A DNA stretch of 63,342 bases, the filler included, from Olpidium bornovanus S191 (lineage: Eukaryota > Fungi > Olpidiomycota), in the NCBI GenBank assembly GCA_017911155.1. It is 24 parts of 24 records of this genome, joined end to end, with 100 filler letters (N's around TTAATTAATTAA, not from the genome) between each part and the next. Parts side by side here need not be neighbours in the genome. Positions count along the whole stretch, not along the records: positions 10,755 to 14,526 come from JAEFCI010005532.1; positions 14,627 to 17,978 come from JAEFCI010009341.1; positions 18,079 to 19,321 come from JAEFCI010012247.1; positions 19,422 to 21,023 come from JAEFCI010003844.1; positions 21,124 to 22,751 come from JAEFCI010009533.1; 19 more parts are not named here. One strand, written 5' to 3'. Both the position numbers and the translations under genes were made by a program. The notes under the pieces are model-generated. The model had not been told where the DNA came from and searched no databases. It saw only the letters and a program-made list of their open reading frames with translations. This document shows, piece after piece, positions 10,808 through 22,751 of this stretch. Position 1 is the first letter of the stretch. Each line of letters begins with the position of its first letter.

Positions 10808-13248
10808 TTGGGTCCGGGTCACGTGACCCTGGAGGTGGCGGCTCCTGACGGTCCCCCAGGCGCGCGCGCGCATCACACACAGGCTACACAGGCTACCCGG
10901 CGCCTATTTGGCGGAGGCAGCGCACACGGCAACGTATCTCTACAACCAGACGATACACTCGGCACTGGGAACCACCCCATACGAGGGATGGTATGGAAGG
11001 CGACCAACTACCTCGCACATACGAGTGTTCGGGTGTCAAGCATACATTCGAATTCCAGAATCGAGAAGACATGGAAAGCTTGGGACACGATGTGAAGCGG
11101 CAGCTTTCGCGGGATACTCTGACAAGAGGAAATGCTGGAGGTTTTGGCTACCAAAGACCAGGTGGATCATCTGGAGTCGAGACGTTAAGTTCCTAGAAGA
11201 CGTGAGCGGTGTAGATGGAAAGAAACACTCAGCCGTCGCCCCAGACACTAGGAGCTCGGGCGACACGGAAGAGGAGCTGACGGACGACGACGGCGAGGAG
11301 GAGCGGGCACGCCAGCCTCCGGTCACACCAGACCGATCTGCGAGAGACGCGATTGATGCGAGAAATGCGACCGATGCGAACGATGTGTCGATACTGCCCA
11401 TGCCCCGCCGGTCAGAACGCAAGCGGTGACCACCCGAGGAATGGAGTGCCAAGTACCGGGAGATCGAGAAATACATGAGACAGGGGGGGCGTTGTCTCAT
11501 ATCCAGTGGGCAGGAAGCGCCAATTCTACCGGAACCGAAGAATTTCGCAGAGGCGGAAGGCTCAACAGCTTGGCGCTCGGCCATTGAAAACGAGTTACAA
11601 ATGCACGGAGCATGGGATCCGAACCCCACAAAACTCCCGGCAGGGCGACGGGCAATTGACACCAGATGGGCCTTCAAAGCCAAGCGGCATGCCGACGGAT
11701 TACTCGACAAGTACAAAGCGTGTTTGGTAGCGCACGGGTTTACCCAACCGCCGGCATCAACTTCCGGGACACGTATGCCCCGGCGATGTGACTATCTACT
11801 TTGCATATCTGTCTGGCACCACCCGTTCAGAAAGGATGGTCCGTCACCGTGGCAGATGTCGAGGCAGCGTATCTTAATGGGGACCTTGCCGAAGAAGTCT
11901 ACATCAAGATCCCTCAAGGATTCGCGCAACCCCCGCGAGTCGGGAAAAACACTGAGGGTAGCGTGCTACGGCTGTGGCGCCCACTGTATGGACTTAAACA
12001 AGCCGAACACGCATGGGCGATGACACTCCGCGAGGCACTCACCGGCCTGGGGTTTTGCCAAGCTAAGGCTGATTTAGGAGCTTACGTCTGACACGACGAG
12101 GGCGGGACAGCCTGGGTGCTGACATGGGTGGACGACTTTGTCATATTCGCAGAGACTGAGCAAAAGGTGGGAGATGTGTACAATGAGCTGGAAAGACGTT
12201 TTACTCTGACAGCCGGCACACTGGACTCTCTTGTCGGGTTGCGTATTCGGCGAAACGAGGAACAAATCCAAGTGGACCAGGAGGCCTACATACGCTATCT
12301 CGCCGACAAGTATGGAGTGACTGGGGACAAGCCGACCCGGACGCCAATGGAGCTCCGCATCCGGAAGGACCCAAATGAAACCAGGAGCGGGGATGTCCCG
12401 CGAGTGGACACGACGAAGGAGCTCACCGGAAGCATTCTATTCGTGGCCACGGGTACGCGGCCGGATGTCGCGTTCGCCGCAGGATTTTTGGGACGGCATC
12501 AGACAACCCCCAGACAAGACTGGGAGGCAGGCCTACGTGTTCTCAGGTACCTTCTCACCAATGCGAGCCGGGCCCTGTGCTACCGACGCGGAGGATGCGG
12601 TCTCACGGGGTTCCGTGACTTGGATTACGCTGAGTGCCTTGATACACGGAGGTCCACCAGTGGGTGCGTTTCCTTTTTGGCTGGGGGCGCGGTCAGCTGG
12701 AGGAGCCGGCAACAGGTGATCGTCGCAACCTCAAGCACGGAGGCGGAGTATGTCGTACTGGTGGAGGCCGCAAAGGAGGCGCTTTGCCTGCGGAAACTGC
12801 TGCAGGAACTTGGGGAGAATGCGACAGAGCGGCCAATGCAGATCACGTGCGACAGCCAGGGGCCACAGGCACTCGCCAGGCGCCCTGACAACCACCAACA
12901 AACAAAGCACATCGCTGTACGCTGGCACTTCTTGCGCGACATCGTCGAGGAGAAGCAGATCGAACTGATAGACGGGCAGACCGGCGACATGATCACCGAT
13001 GGACTGGCGAAGTCACTCCCGCGACTGCCGCATGAGAAGCACACGCGACAAATGGGCGTGATGGACGCGGAGAAAAGCCGCCAACGGCCGTGAGGACACC
13101 AGGCAGTCCATTTATGTACGACCTGGCGTGGGGGAGTGTTGGCCGTGCTGGTTGGGGTCACGTAACAACTACACATAGCGCACTCCCCGCCCGTAGTTCT
13201 CCCCATCGTGTGTCATTTCGCCCTACCTCCCGGCCAAAATAAACAACA
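10808..13248 (+). mobile_element. Degenerate Ty1/copia retrotransposon: integrase C-terminus, RT, RNase H, PPT and 3' LTR (5'-truncated)
   Basis: YLYNQT..TPYEGWYGRRP..HIRVFGC (IN); EPKNFAEA..W..AI..E, RWAFK, KACLVAHGF, DVEAAYLNG.L.EEVY, LYGLKQ, WVDD (RT); DTRRSTSG, SWRS.QQ..VATSSTEAEY, TKHI.VRWHF (RNase H). IN-RT-RH order is copia. Frameshifts and an internal TGA are present. Confidence 0.95.
13130..13248 (+). repeat. Polypurine tract plus candidate 112-bp 3' LTR
   Basis: GGGGGAG (13130-13136) directly precedes TGTTG (13137). AATAAA at 13238-13243 is followed by CAACA (13244-13248), a perfect 5-bp terminal inverted repeat with TG..CA ends. Confidence 0.6.
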
Positions 13249-14627
13249 TCAGGTGGTGGTGGTGGGGGCGGGGGGGTGTGTGTGTGTGGAAAGAGAAAGT
13301 CAAACACGCGCGGAGGCCTTTGTTTTGGCTCATAAGGACACATATAGCGCTTGTATTTGCTCTTGTGGAACTGTTGCTGCTGCTGCCTGCACATCGTATA
13401 CGGCCTCAGGGGCGACACCCTTTGCCAAGAGGGCCCGTCTTCACACCCTCCGGGTCGTGCTCCCTGCGTACGTTGCTCGATATCGCCCTCACGTACCCCA
13501 GCAAGCCGGTGCGGAAGTTCGAGGTTCGCGCGGAGCCGCGTGACCAGAACGTGTCACAACTTCGCCGCCGCGCGACACACCCGCCTTCTTCCGACCCTCC
13601 GTGTCCCGTTCCCAACAACCCTGCCACCTGCTCGCACGCCGTGGCGAGCACTTCCCCGCCATGGCGCACCGGAAGATCGATGTCGATATCGCCGATCCGT
13701 TCCCCCAACGGGAGCAATGCCTTGCACTCGTTCAAATGCTCCCCCCCCCCGCTCTCTCTCGCTCTCTCTCTTCGCCCCCCCCCCACTCCAACAAATTGCC
13801 ACCCAGTCCAAGTGCCGTAATACCTCGGAAGGTAAAGCAAAGCCCGCTTGACGCGCTTCCCCGTGGATCCCGCAGACCGTATTCGCCGGCGTGTCATGAA
13901 CCCCCACACGCAGCGCTTTGTCACAGATGTGGAATGGTATTCGACGAGAGCAGATGGCTGCTTGCTGGCCACTTATATGTACAGGGTGGGACCAGCTGAT
14001 AGAGCAATGAGCCGCGCTAATCGCATCCGGTGCAGTTCTTTGACGCGCAAGTTCAATAACGGGCAGCACCCTGATGGCCCCACCAGACTCGTCTAGGCTT
14101 GTGGGCACGGGTTCCGAAAAAGGGGCATCTGTGTATGGGCATGCGCGCCCCCCTGTGGCATGCCTGATGGGGGATGGGGCAGAGCCGGAGATTGTCGCGG
14201 AGACGAAGGGAGACCATATGAGAAGCTTTTGTTTGTTTGAATTCTGCGCCCGGCCACTTTTACATGGTTGCTGGATGGGAAAGGATTTTACGGCCAGGGG
14301 AAAGCGGGGTCGGAGCTCGCAGTGTCCGTATCGTCGGCCCCGCCAGGAGGGCACATTTATTTTCCACACGCACACCCCCTCCGGCCCTCATATCCGCTTC
14401 CCGGCGCGGCCCCTGCGGACCAGACAAATCCGGTGCCATTACTGCAACAAACAAATATTATTATCATTACCTGTGTCTTTCAAAAGCCTTCCGCTGCTGC
14501 GGGGTGAGTGGAGGGCGTCTGGCATGNNNNNNNNNNNNNNNNNNNNNNNNNNNNNNNNNNNNNNNNNNNNTTAATTAATTAANNNNNNNNNNNNNNNNNN
14601 NNNNNNNNNNNNNNNNNNNNNNNNNNC

Positions 14628-15040
14628 CATGAACTCGCGGAAGAACCAACTTACAAAGCACACCGAATCGTCGCATACCAAAACACAAAAGGAGGGAATC
14701 TCAAGCTTAAGGTACAATGTAAAGATGAGACCATTCCGCCAAGCTGGGAAGAACCATCCTCACTTCCCAGGAATGCGCAAGATGTCAAAGAATTCTGCAA
14801 GAGGATGAACCTATGTATACCGCCTAAAATCGAAGGAGCTACGGTTACCCAATTGAATGATACCTATGCAATGATGACAGCCATCGAGAGCTACCATCAA
14901 CCGAAACCCCACTCCTACCAAGAAGCAATCCATAGCAATGAAGCACAACAATGTCTCCAAGCAATGCAATTGGAAATTGGCACCCTGACTAGCTTCCCGG
15001 CGTGGGAACTAGTCACACGACTAAAGAATCAACGAGTTCT
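14628..15040 (+). mobile_element. Ty1/copia pol fragment: chromodomain-like segment in frame with the RT N-terminus
   Basis: One open frame: TYKAHRIVAYQNTKGGNLKLKVQCKDETIPPSWEEPSSLPRNAQDVKEFCKR, about 30 aa linker, then KPHSYQEAIHSNEAQQCLQAMQLEIGTLTSFPAWELVTR (copia RT start, consensus EPxSYxEA..WxxAMxxE..L...WxLV). Confidence 0.7.
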
Positions 15041-15614
15041 CCTCGAGCGACTCCGGCACCCTGGCGTCGGATTTGACCACCCACCGGGTCACCGAGGGAG
15101 GGGAAAGGACGGTAACAGGCGGCCGAGCCTCGGCTCCGCTGCTTTTCGGTTGCCCGGTTCAGTGCCACTGAACGGTCGAGAGCCGTGACCGGCGGTCACC
15201 GGTGACCGGGCCTGGGGCTCCGCAAACTTCAACGTGCCGGGTGCCGTTGCCGGTTGAGGCGGTTTGATCGCCCTGGACAGCGCCCCGCTTACTGAGTTAG
15301 GAAAGATACGACTGCACGCCGCTCGGCGCTGGCCCCCGGACCCGGCGGTGAACCTGCCCGGGAAAAGCCGAGAACCAGGATACCACCGTGCAACGGTGCC
15401 CACAAGTGACAGGTCTCTTCAGAGGGCCTCGAGGGAGCTTAGCTGGCACCGGTGGCAATCATGCGGCAAAACGCGCGGTCTTCGATGGTAATTTCCGTCG
15501 TTGCATACGGCTTGTGCGAACGCGCAACGAAAAAAAAAAAATTAAGATGCGTATGTCATGCGGGGTGGCCGCGGCCGGGTCCGAACGGAATTCGCGTCGC
15601 AATCTGCGTGGAGA

Positions 15615-17956
15615 TTATGTCGAGGTGATGGCCGGAGATTCTGAATGGCCGACTATCGGCGACAAGAAGTCGCGGTTGTCCTCGCTTTTTCTGCTCGGTG
15701 TTCGCGCTGTACTGTCTGGGTAGCAGCTGGTCGGCGTTCTCCCATTCTCTTGCTGCTGTTGCTGCTCGTGTCGCTGCGTGGGCCCTCTCAGCATGTGTAT
15801 CATCCGCTCTTCTGCGTGGGAGGGGGCAATCGGCGGGAACCTCGATTTCCTGTCATCATCCACCTCGGCCGCCGCTTCTTCCTCTTGTTGGTGGACCTTG
15901 GCCTGCCAGAGCCGCGACAGATCCCTCAGCTGCGCGAAGTGGACCCGGGCGGCAAGGTGTTTTTGGCGGACCTTGCGGATGAAGGCCTCCCCGTACACGG
16001 AAAGCGGGTCCTTCTGCGCTTCGTGTGCTGCCGCCTCCGTCTTCGTGAGGAGGATGCAGTTCCAGGGGGAAAGATCCTCGTTCGAGTCCCATCGGGTAAG
16101 GTGGAGGTCCTCCAGCCGCCGGGACGCAGAGATCGCCGACTGGGAGGACCAGATGTTGTCGACCAAGTACCTGATGTCAGACTCCTGCAGGAGGTCCATG
16201 ATGGGCGTGCGGGCCACCTGCTCCGATTTCTGAACCGCGGCAGGCGACTTGCCCGCTGCCGCCGGCTTCGAAGGAGATCCGTCTGCCGCGGCGCCCGGCG
16301 CTCCCTCGTGGTTGTCTTCCGCAGCTTTCAGCTGCTTGTTCCGCTTGCTCTGCTCCGCAATCCGCGCATTTTGCAGGATGTTGATGTACGCGGATCCGTC
16401 CTTCCTTTCGGTGGCCACATTTTCTTTTATGGTGCACTGCTTGCACTTTCCAAGGTGGTGCATCGTAGTCGACAGGTAGAACTGAGTCGAGGGCAGATAT
16501 CTCGTGCAGCCTTGGCAGTAGTACACTGCTTCCGACTGCCGCCACGACTCTCCCGTCTCCGGGTACTAATAATCCAAGCAGCCGGCGCGGAGGTGTGCGC
16601 AAGGTGAGGTTACACGGGTATCTCCGGCGCCGCCGCTTTTGGCGTAACCGACAACTCAGGTCACCTTTTGGTATCGTGCGGTTTCGGGGTTAAACTCCGG
16701 TGTCATTATGAAGCGCAGGAACAGGTTGCAGACCCGCTTCCTAAGCCCTTCCAGGCTCCTGCCGTCGCGACCGCGACTCACTAGGTCGCCCTCGCGGTCG
16801 ATGAGATCGACGATCTCGCGGGTCAGGCTGCAGTCGAACTCTTTGACGGTGTACTTGACGTGCAGCAGTATCTGGAGCCTCTCGTCGATTGACAGCAGCG
16901 GCAGCGCGAGAGCGTGGTAAAGGTCTCGAAGCTCGCGCGCGCGGATCGTCGTCGGCGTGTCGACCAGCGCGTGGCCCTTCCCCTTCACCGCCCACCGCTT
17001 GGGCGAGGCCATTTGGTCGAGCTGGAAGAAAATCCTTCGTTCTCTCGCCTCCGCGAAGGCCGCGCGGCGGAGGTGGTCGATTTTCTGGATCAAGGCCGCC
17101 TCCTGGTCCATCAGGTCCGCCAGCGCGGCCAGCCGCGCCGCTTCGGGATAACCGGCGTTGTTGATCTTTTCCGCCTCCTGCTCCCGCCAATCTGCAACAG
17201 GTAAAATGGTTCGTCCAGTCAGCTTCGTCAGCGAGGCGGCCAGCCGTCAGACGCGGAGGAGATAGAGGACGGATGAAGAGGAGGAGGAGGGGAAGGGGGA
17301 GGGGGGAAGGTGGCGGGGGGGGCGAACGCGCACGCTCAAGCCCATTGTAGAGCATGTCGAAATCTGCCGAGCTTCTCGGGTGGAGCCGGCTCTCGATCTC
17401 CTTTTTCCTCTTCGACTCCGCCAGCTCCTTCCGCCTGCGCTCCTTCTCCGCAAGCTCAGCCGCTTTCCGCGCCTTCTCCTCCCTCAAATGCCTGGCAAGC
17501 CGCATCGCGTAGATTCGCCGGACCCAGCACTGGATGCTGACGACCTTCTTGGTTATCATGGCCAGGTGCTCGTCGGCGGTGACGTAAACCTTCGGCGTGA
17601 TTTGGCGGTCGCGGTCGGACGAAAGGTACACGCCCCTGGTCGCCGCTTGCGTGGACGAGTTCCGCACGCCTTGCGAGAAGCGATTCCGGATGAACTTCGT
17701 CTGCGTGTCTCTGTGGAACTTTGGCCTGGCTCGCTGGAACGGTGACAGTGTCCCTTGGGTCGTTTGAGCAAGCATAGGGGGTAATCCTTACGCAACGGAA
17801 ACCATTTTGCGCTCACCATCGCGCGCACTTGCTCTGGCCGTAACGTCTGGGTCGCGGCATGGAAGAACTCGAGGTGCGACTTCTTGTCTCGATACCCTCC
17901 TAAGTACATCTTCCGGTACCACGTCTTGAAGTCGCAATTTGGCACGCCGTTGTTGT
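15615..17956 (-). CDS. IQUB: IQUB/FAP253, flagellar radial-spoke IQ and ubiquitin-like domain protein (5'-truncated, multi-exon)
   Basis: YLGGYRDKKSHLEFFHAATQT; HRDTQT..STQ..GVY; IQCWVR..A..L (IQ motif); TIRAREL.DLY..L..ERLQILL.VKYTVKEFDC.LTREI.DLIDRE; YYCQGC..YLPST; DIRYLV.NIWSSQS; SPWNCILLTK.EAAAH. Confidence 0.92.
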
Positions 17957-18078
17957 CTACAGCACACGCAGTTCCCTANNNNNNNNNNNNNNNNNNNNNN
18001 NNNNNNNNNNNNNNNNNNNNNNTTAATTAATTAANNNNNNNNNNNNNNNNNNNNNNNNNNNNNNNNNNNNNNNNNNNN

Positions 18079-18109
<31 letters not shown>

Positions 18110-18244
18110 GCCCCGGCAACGCCCGGCTCGCCCGCGCCGCCAAACACTCCGCTCCTCGTCCCCGAGGGCCCCGAACGGGTGCGGGCTTCCACCGGCCCGC
18201 TCCTTCCTCCTCCGCCGCCGACGACGACATTTTGCCGCGGAGGG

Positions 18245-18246
18245 GA

Positions 18247-18297
<51 letters not shown>

Positions 18298-18395
18298 CTG
18301 AGAGACTGAGAGAGTGACTGAGAGAGAACAGAGAGACGTGGCTTCCTGAAAATAGAAAAGAGAGAAGAAGAGAGAGAAAAAGAGAGAGACACAGA
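18245..18395. repeat. Imperfect (GA)n microsatellite
   Basis: Extended gagagaga tracts seen directly, near a poly-A run at the contig start. Confidence 0.85.
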
Positions 18396-18819
18396 GACTA
18401 AAGGCAAGCAGAAAAGAACCGGCACGCCCTTCGCCCTGCACCTCTCCACACTCTCCCCCTTCTCAACCTCCCCCCACGCTTCTTGTCCTCCTCTCCGCGC
18501 GGTCCCGACGGATGTGATGGGTAGTCTTCGAGTTTGCCGCGTGTGTCGCCCCGTCTCCCTTGCCTCGCCGATTTGGACTGACCTTTATCTCGGTCCCGTA
18601 GAAAACCCTGGGAAAGGAGCTTCCGCGTTTATAGATAAAGAATTTCCAGTCAGGAAAAGAAAAAAAAACATGCGCGGGGTGCGTTCGTTTGCGCAGGTGG
18701 CTTGTTGCCGTTGCCGTCTCCAAGCCCGGACTCCGGGCCAAACCTTGACTTTATTCGGCGCCTCGTGCCTGTGCGAATGATTCACGTTTGTTCGGCCTTC
18801 CCTCTCCCCGCCCCGTTTT

Positions 18820-19321
18820 GCTCCAGAACTCCCGGCCCATTTCCGCAATAGGACCCGGTCCGGGGACCGGCGCCGGTAGCGAACTGCCGTTGTCCCCGCC
18901 CAGGTCCAACAGCCAGACTCCGGCCCACTCCCCGCCGAAAGATTTGGATCAGCACTCGGCGACGAGTGCGGTCAACCACACCACCTCGTCGCCCGGGATG
19001 ACCTCGCCTTTATCTCCGATATCGCCGGCGAGGCCCGGCGCCGGGTTTGCCGGCGTCACCGCGTCCGAAGTCTGGAACGCTGTGGAGCCGGCTCCGCGGC
19101 GCGAAGACTTACTTTCGCCTCCACCGACGTTGCCTCGGATTAACGGCAAGAGCCAGGCGACTCCGAACGGCGCCTCCCATTCTCCGGACATGCGGCTGAA
19201 CGAAGACGCCAGATGTTCTGAGAATGCCGAGAAGCAGCAGCAGCAACAGCAGCAGCGGCTTGGGAAGGCCAGAGGCAGCGCCGTGGCCGCTATGCAAGTC
19301 CGCCCTCAGTTCGATGTCATG
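18820..19321 (+). CDS. Internal exon of an unidentified Ser/Pro-rich disordered protein (3'-truncated)
   Basis: Open frame after pyrimidine-rich acceptor ttgctccag; low-complexity SP repeats and a poly-Q run; runs into the linker. No domain recognised. Confidence 0.4.
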
Positions 19322-21124
19322 NNNNNNNNNNNNNNNNNNNNNNNNNNNNNNNNNNNNNNNNNNNNTTAATTAATTAANNNNNNNNNNNNNNNNNNNNNNN
19401 NNNNNNNNNNNNNNNNNNNNNACATGGAAATCTTCATTATTTGTTGCACTCGTCAACACCCGTCCCAATAACGCTTACCGCCGGGCAACACTGGCATCGG
19501 CCAACCCGTCCCGCAGGGGTGGCATCATCCTGCTTGTATTTCACGTGATGTACTTAACGTCCCGTGACCTTTTAAGATATTTAGAAACCCCTCTCGACTT
19601 GCCCGCCTTACGGCGCCGAATGAGGATTAAACAGAGATGCCCTTTTTTTTCACCCCCTTGCACAGAAAGAAATTTTCGTCTCATTTCGCGAGAACGTTCC
19701 TTTCGTTTCTTTCGATACTTACGTGAAGAAATGCTTCCTGCCCCTCGTACGGGGCCGCGGCCTTGACGCCTTCGAACTTTAAAAACTTCACCGCCGTATT
19801 TCCCTGAGAACTCCATCCCCACCCCCCGGCTTCGTGCTACCGACGCCGAAAACTCACTTCTCTCTGAATGTGATCGGACATGGGGAACTAGGCCCTCGGC
19901 GGCAACGGGTCGGGCGCGGTCGACGATCGCGGGGATTACATTAACCATTAATGGGGGCCCGAATAGGGAGGCGCCGCTCGCGGGGGCAGGCCGCCGTCGT
20001 CATCTCCGTCTTACATCGTTATGGCAAGCGGCCGCTCTTCTGCCAACGTGCGCAGACGCGTGACGTTCCGCCGGAGGGGGTGACAAAGGAAGGCCTGCCT
20101 GGCTCTGCTGGTCTGGCTCCGCGCAAATTGGCGCCGCACGGCGTAAACCGTTTGAAACGGGCAAGAACGTACCTTCCAACGCAAAAAGTTACCGCAGGTA
20201 AAAGTATTGCACATGATACACAGACACTTCAAAAGGTAAATTGAAGAACGCCGCGTGCCGCCAGGGGGTTTTTACCGTTGCTGCCCGGCGTTCTGTACGT
20301 AGCGCAACCCTTAAGCCACGACCAACGCCCGTCCCCTCACCTTAACCAAAATGTCACGTGATTCGGACCTTTGCGAGCGCGCGAGATAAACTACACCTGC
20401 GCGCTGCGTTTCGTTGCCACCTTTCGTCCTCGGTGCCGTCTTCAAAAGCGAGATGCTGCGGGCTCGGCAGCATTCAAAGAACTCCATCACTCATAATTAA
20501 CAAAAAAAACCCTCCGTACATGGCTCGGGGCGTGGCGTTGCGTGCGAATAAACAATACGTTTCGCTGCATAAAAAGTTCCTCGGGATACCCTTTCATTCT
20601 GGTTAAATGCCAAAAATCTTATTGCCAAAAAAATTGCACATGCCGAGAATCGAACTCGGGGCTCCCGCGTGGCAGGCGAGAATTATACCACTAAACCACA
20701 TGTGCTTAAAGAATCGTTGATGGCGCAAACATGTACTTGAATAATAAACAACACAACGTATTGGCGACGAATAAAAATGAACGAATAGGGCGGATATATT
20801 GGATTGTATAGGATGTGCCGGCCAGGCCAGGCCATGACGTCCCGCGCGGAACAAACGGCGGCCGAATACGCCTCGCCTGCCGTTTGAAACGCTAGAATTG
20901 AACATGCCCCGGCTCCACGCAGCGGTGGGCGCAAAATGCTCTTTCTCGGGCCGTCGCGCACGAAAGAAGAGCTGCTTCACCGAGTTGCCTGGCAAAAACA
21001 AGAACATTTTGACGGTGGCCCCCNNNNNNNNNNNNNNNNNNNNNNNNNNNNNNNNNNNNNNNNNNNNTTAATTAATTAANNNNNNNNNNNNNNNNNNNNN
21101 NNNNNNNNNNNNNNNNNNNNNNNC

Positions 21125-21966
21125 ATGAGCCAGATCGAAACGGGGCGGATCACAGTCTTCCACGCCAGGTGGCCGCGGGGCCATTATTCCACCGACTACC
21201 CGCGGTGGTACGAGTCCACCGCGCCTTACGTCGTCACCGAGTACGAGGCGACTTACGAGCCCTACGTCATCGCTCGGAAAGACGCCGTCCCCTGGTGAGC
21301 TGTTGTAAAAAAAGGCGGGGCCTCGAGCAGCCTCTCCAGCCGCGCCTCTCGCCCCTCGGTGTTTTTTTTTAAGGCAACGCCGCGTTTTTCTAAATTTTTT
21401 CGCGCGGCCCTCCCGCGCGGACGAAAAAGGTGCGAGGAGAGATTTGTTGGGTACGGGGCCAACAAGGCCTCGTGCATCATGCAGATGTACATTTCCGGAG
21501 TGTCGTTCTGGGTCTCTCCGGACGCGTTCGTGATGCACCAGTCGCACGGATACCCGGAGGCCGACCGCCAGACCGAGGTACTTAAGTTTGATCGGAGCGT
21601 TCCCGCCGGGCCGATACGCCTCTGCCCGGCCAGGCGAGATTTCCCGTTTTATTTAAGGTTTCGCCGCTTTTAAATTTTCCACGTTTTTTGCTCCTTCTCA
21701 CGGAACACCGGCCCCTCTTCCACCGCTCCTTTCCCCGGTCCCGCGTTCCAAAACAAAAACAACAACAACAACATCCCCGGCAGCGCCCGCAAAACCGTCG
21801 GCTCTACGACCGGTTCGTCGCGGAAAACTGCGTCGAGAGGGCCCGCGAGTTCGCGGCGGCGGGCCTGTGGAACTCGCCGAGGGCGTACAACCTCCGCCGG
21901 CACTGCGAAAAGAAACTCCGCGGCCTCGGCGAACTGCTTGACCTCGACGGCGCCGGGAAACGGTGA
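21125..21966 (+). CDS. LARGE-like glycosyltransferase (GT49 family), C-terminal part; 3 exons visible
   Basis: GHYSTDYPRWYESTAPYVVTEYEATYEPYVIARK, then ERFVGYGANKASCIMQMY...DAFVMHQSH, compared with LARGE GHAPTN..W..EPYVVVR..RFVGFGWNK..HIM..AYMIH. Last exon ends DGAGKR-stop. Confidence 0.85.
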
Positions 21967-22624
21967 CAAAACCGCTCTGCCTGCCCTCCCCCCCCCCCGG
22001 GGCGCCGCGCGGGAATTTGCGCGCGGCGCCCCTCCTCCGCTCGGGTTAGGCTCTCTACGTTTCCCGTTTTCGTCTCACTTATCGCATCCCCCCGCCCGCA
22101 CTTTTTTTTCCGACTGCTCTGAGACGGGGGGGCTTTTTTCTTTTGCCCCTTTTACTGTCGAAAGGAATCCGCTTGGCGTTCGCTATCCACACCCCCATCT
22201 TTCCGCTTGCTTCCCTCTGCCAATTAATTTATAGTTTAGCACAACGGGTTTTAATTCTTTATTTGTGCCGATTTGCCAGTTATTTTCCCTTGCATGCATG
22301 CGGTCCATTTTTTTTTTTTTTTTTTTTTTTTTTCTTTGGTTCCAGTCTTCCTGTATGTAATTATCACTTCTGCCGGGGCTATATGCGCGCTATTTGATAA
22401 ATAGCCGGTGCCGCGCGAAACAGAATCACCTCCCGGGTTTTTCGACCGGAACTCGGCGCCGCACGACGCCGCGAAAGTTTTTTTTTTTTTTTTTGTTTTT
22501 TGTTTTCTCCGGGATTTCCAAACCGCGGGCAAAACCACGGAACTCGCGGTTGCTCCCTCGAGCGCGTGGACAGATTTGTTCTTCTGCTGTTGGTGTTGGT
22601 GCAGAAACACTGCGGAAACGCTCT

Positions 22625-22625
<1 letters not shown>

Positions 22626-22663
<38 letters not shown>

Positions 22664-22668
22664 CCCTT

Positions 22669-22740
<72 letters not shown>

Positions 22741-22751
22741 CCCCCCCTCCC
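22626..22751. repeat. Poly-T followed by poly-C tract at contig end
   Basis: Seen directly. Confidence 0.9.

Noticed and set aside
14415-14470. IRCHYCNK as a gag zinc knuckle
   Set aside because: The downstream His and Cys of CX2CX4HX4C are missing.
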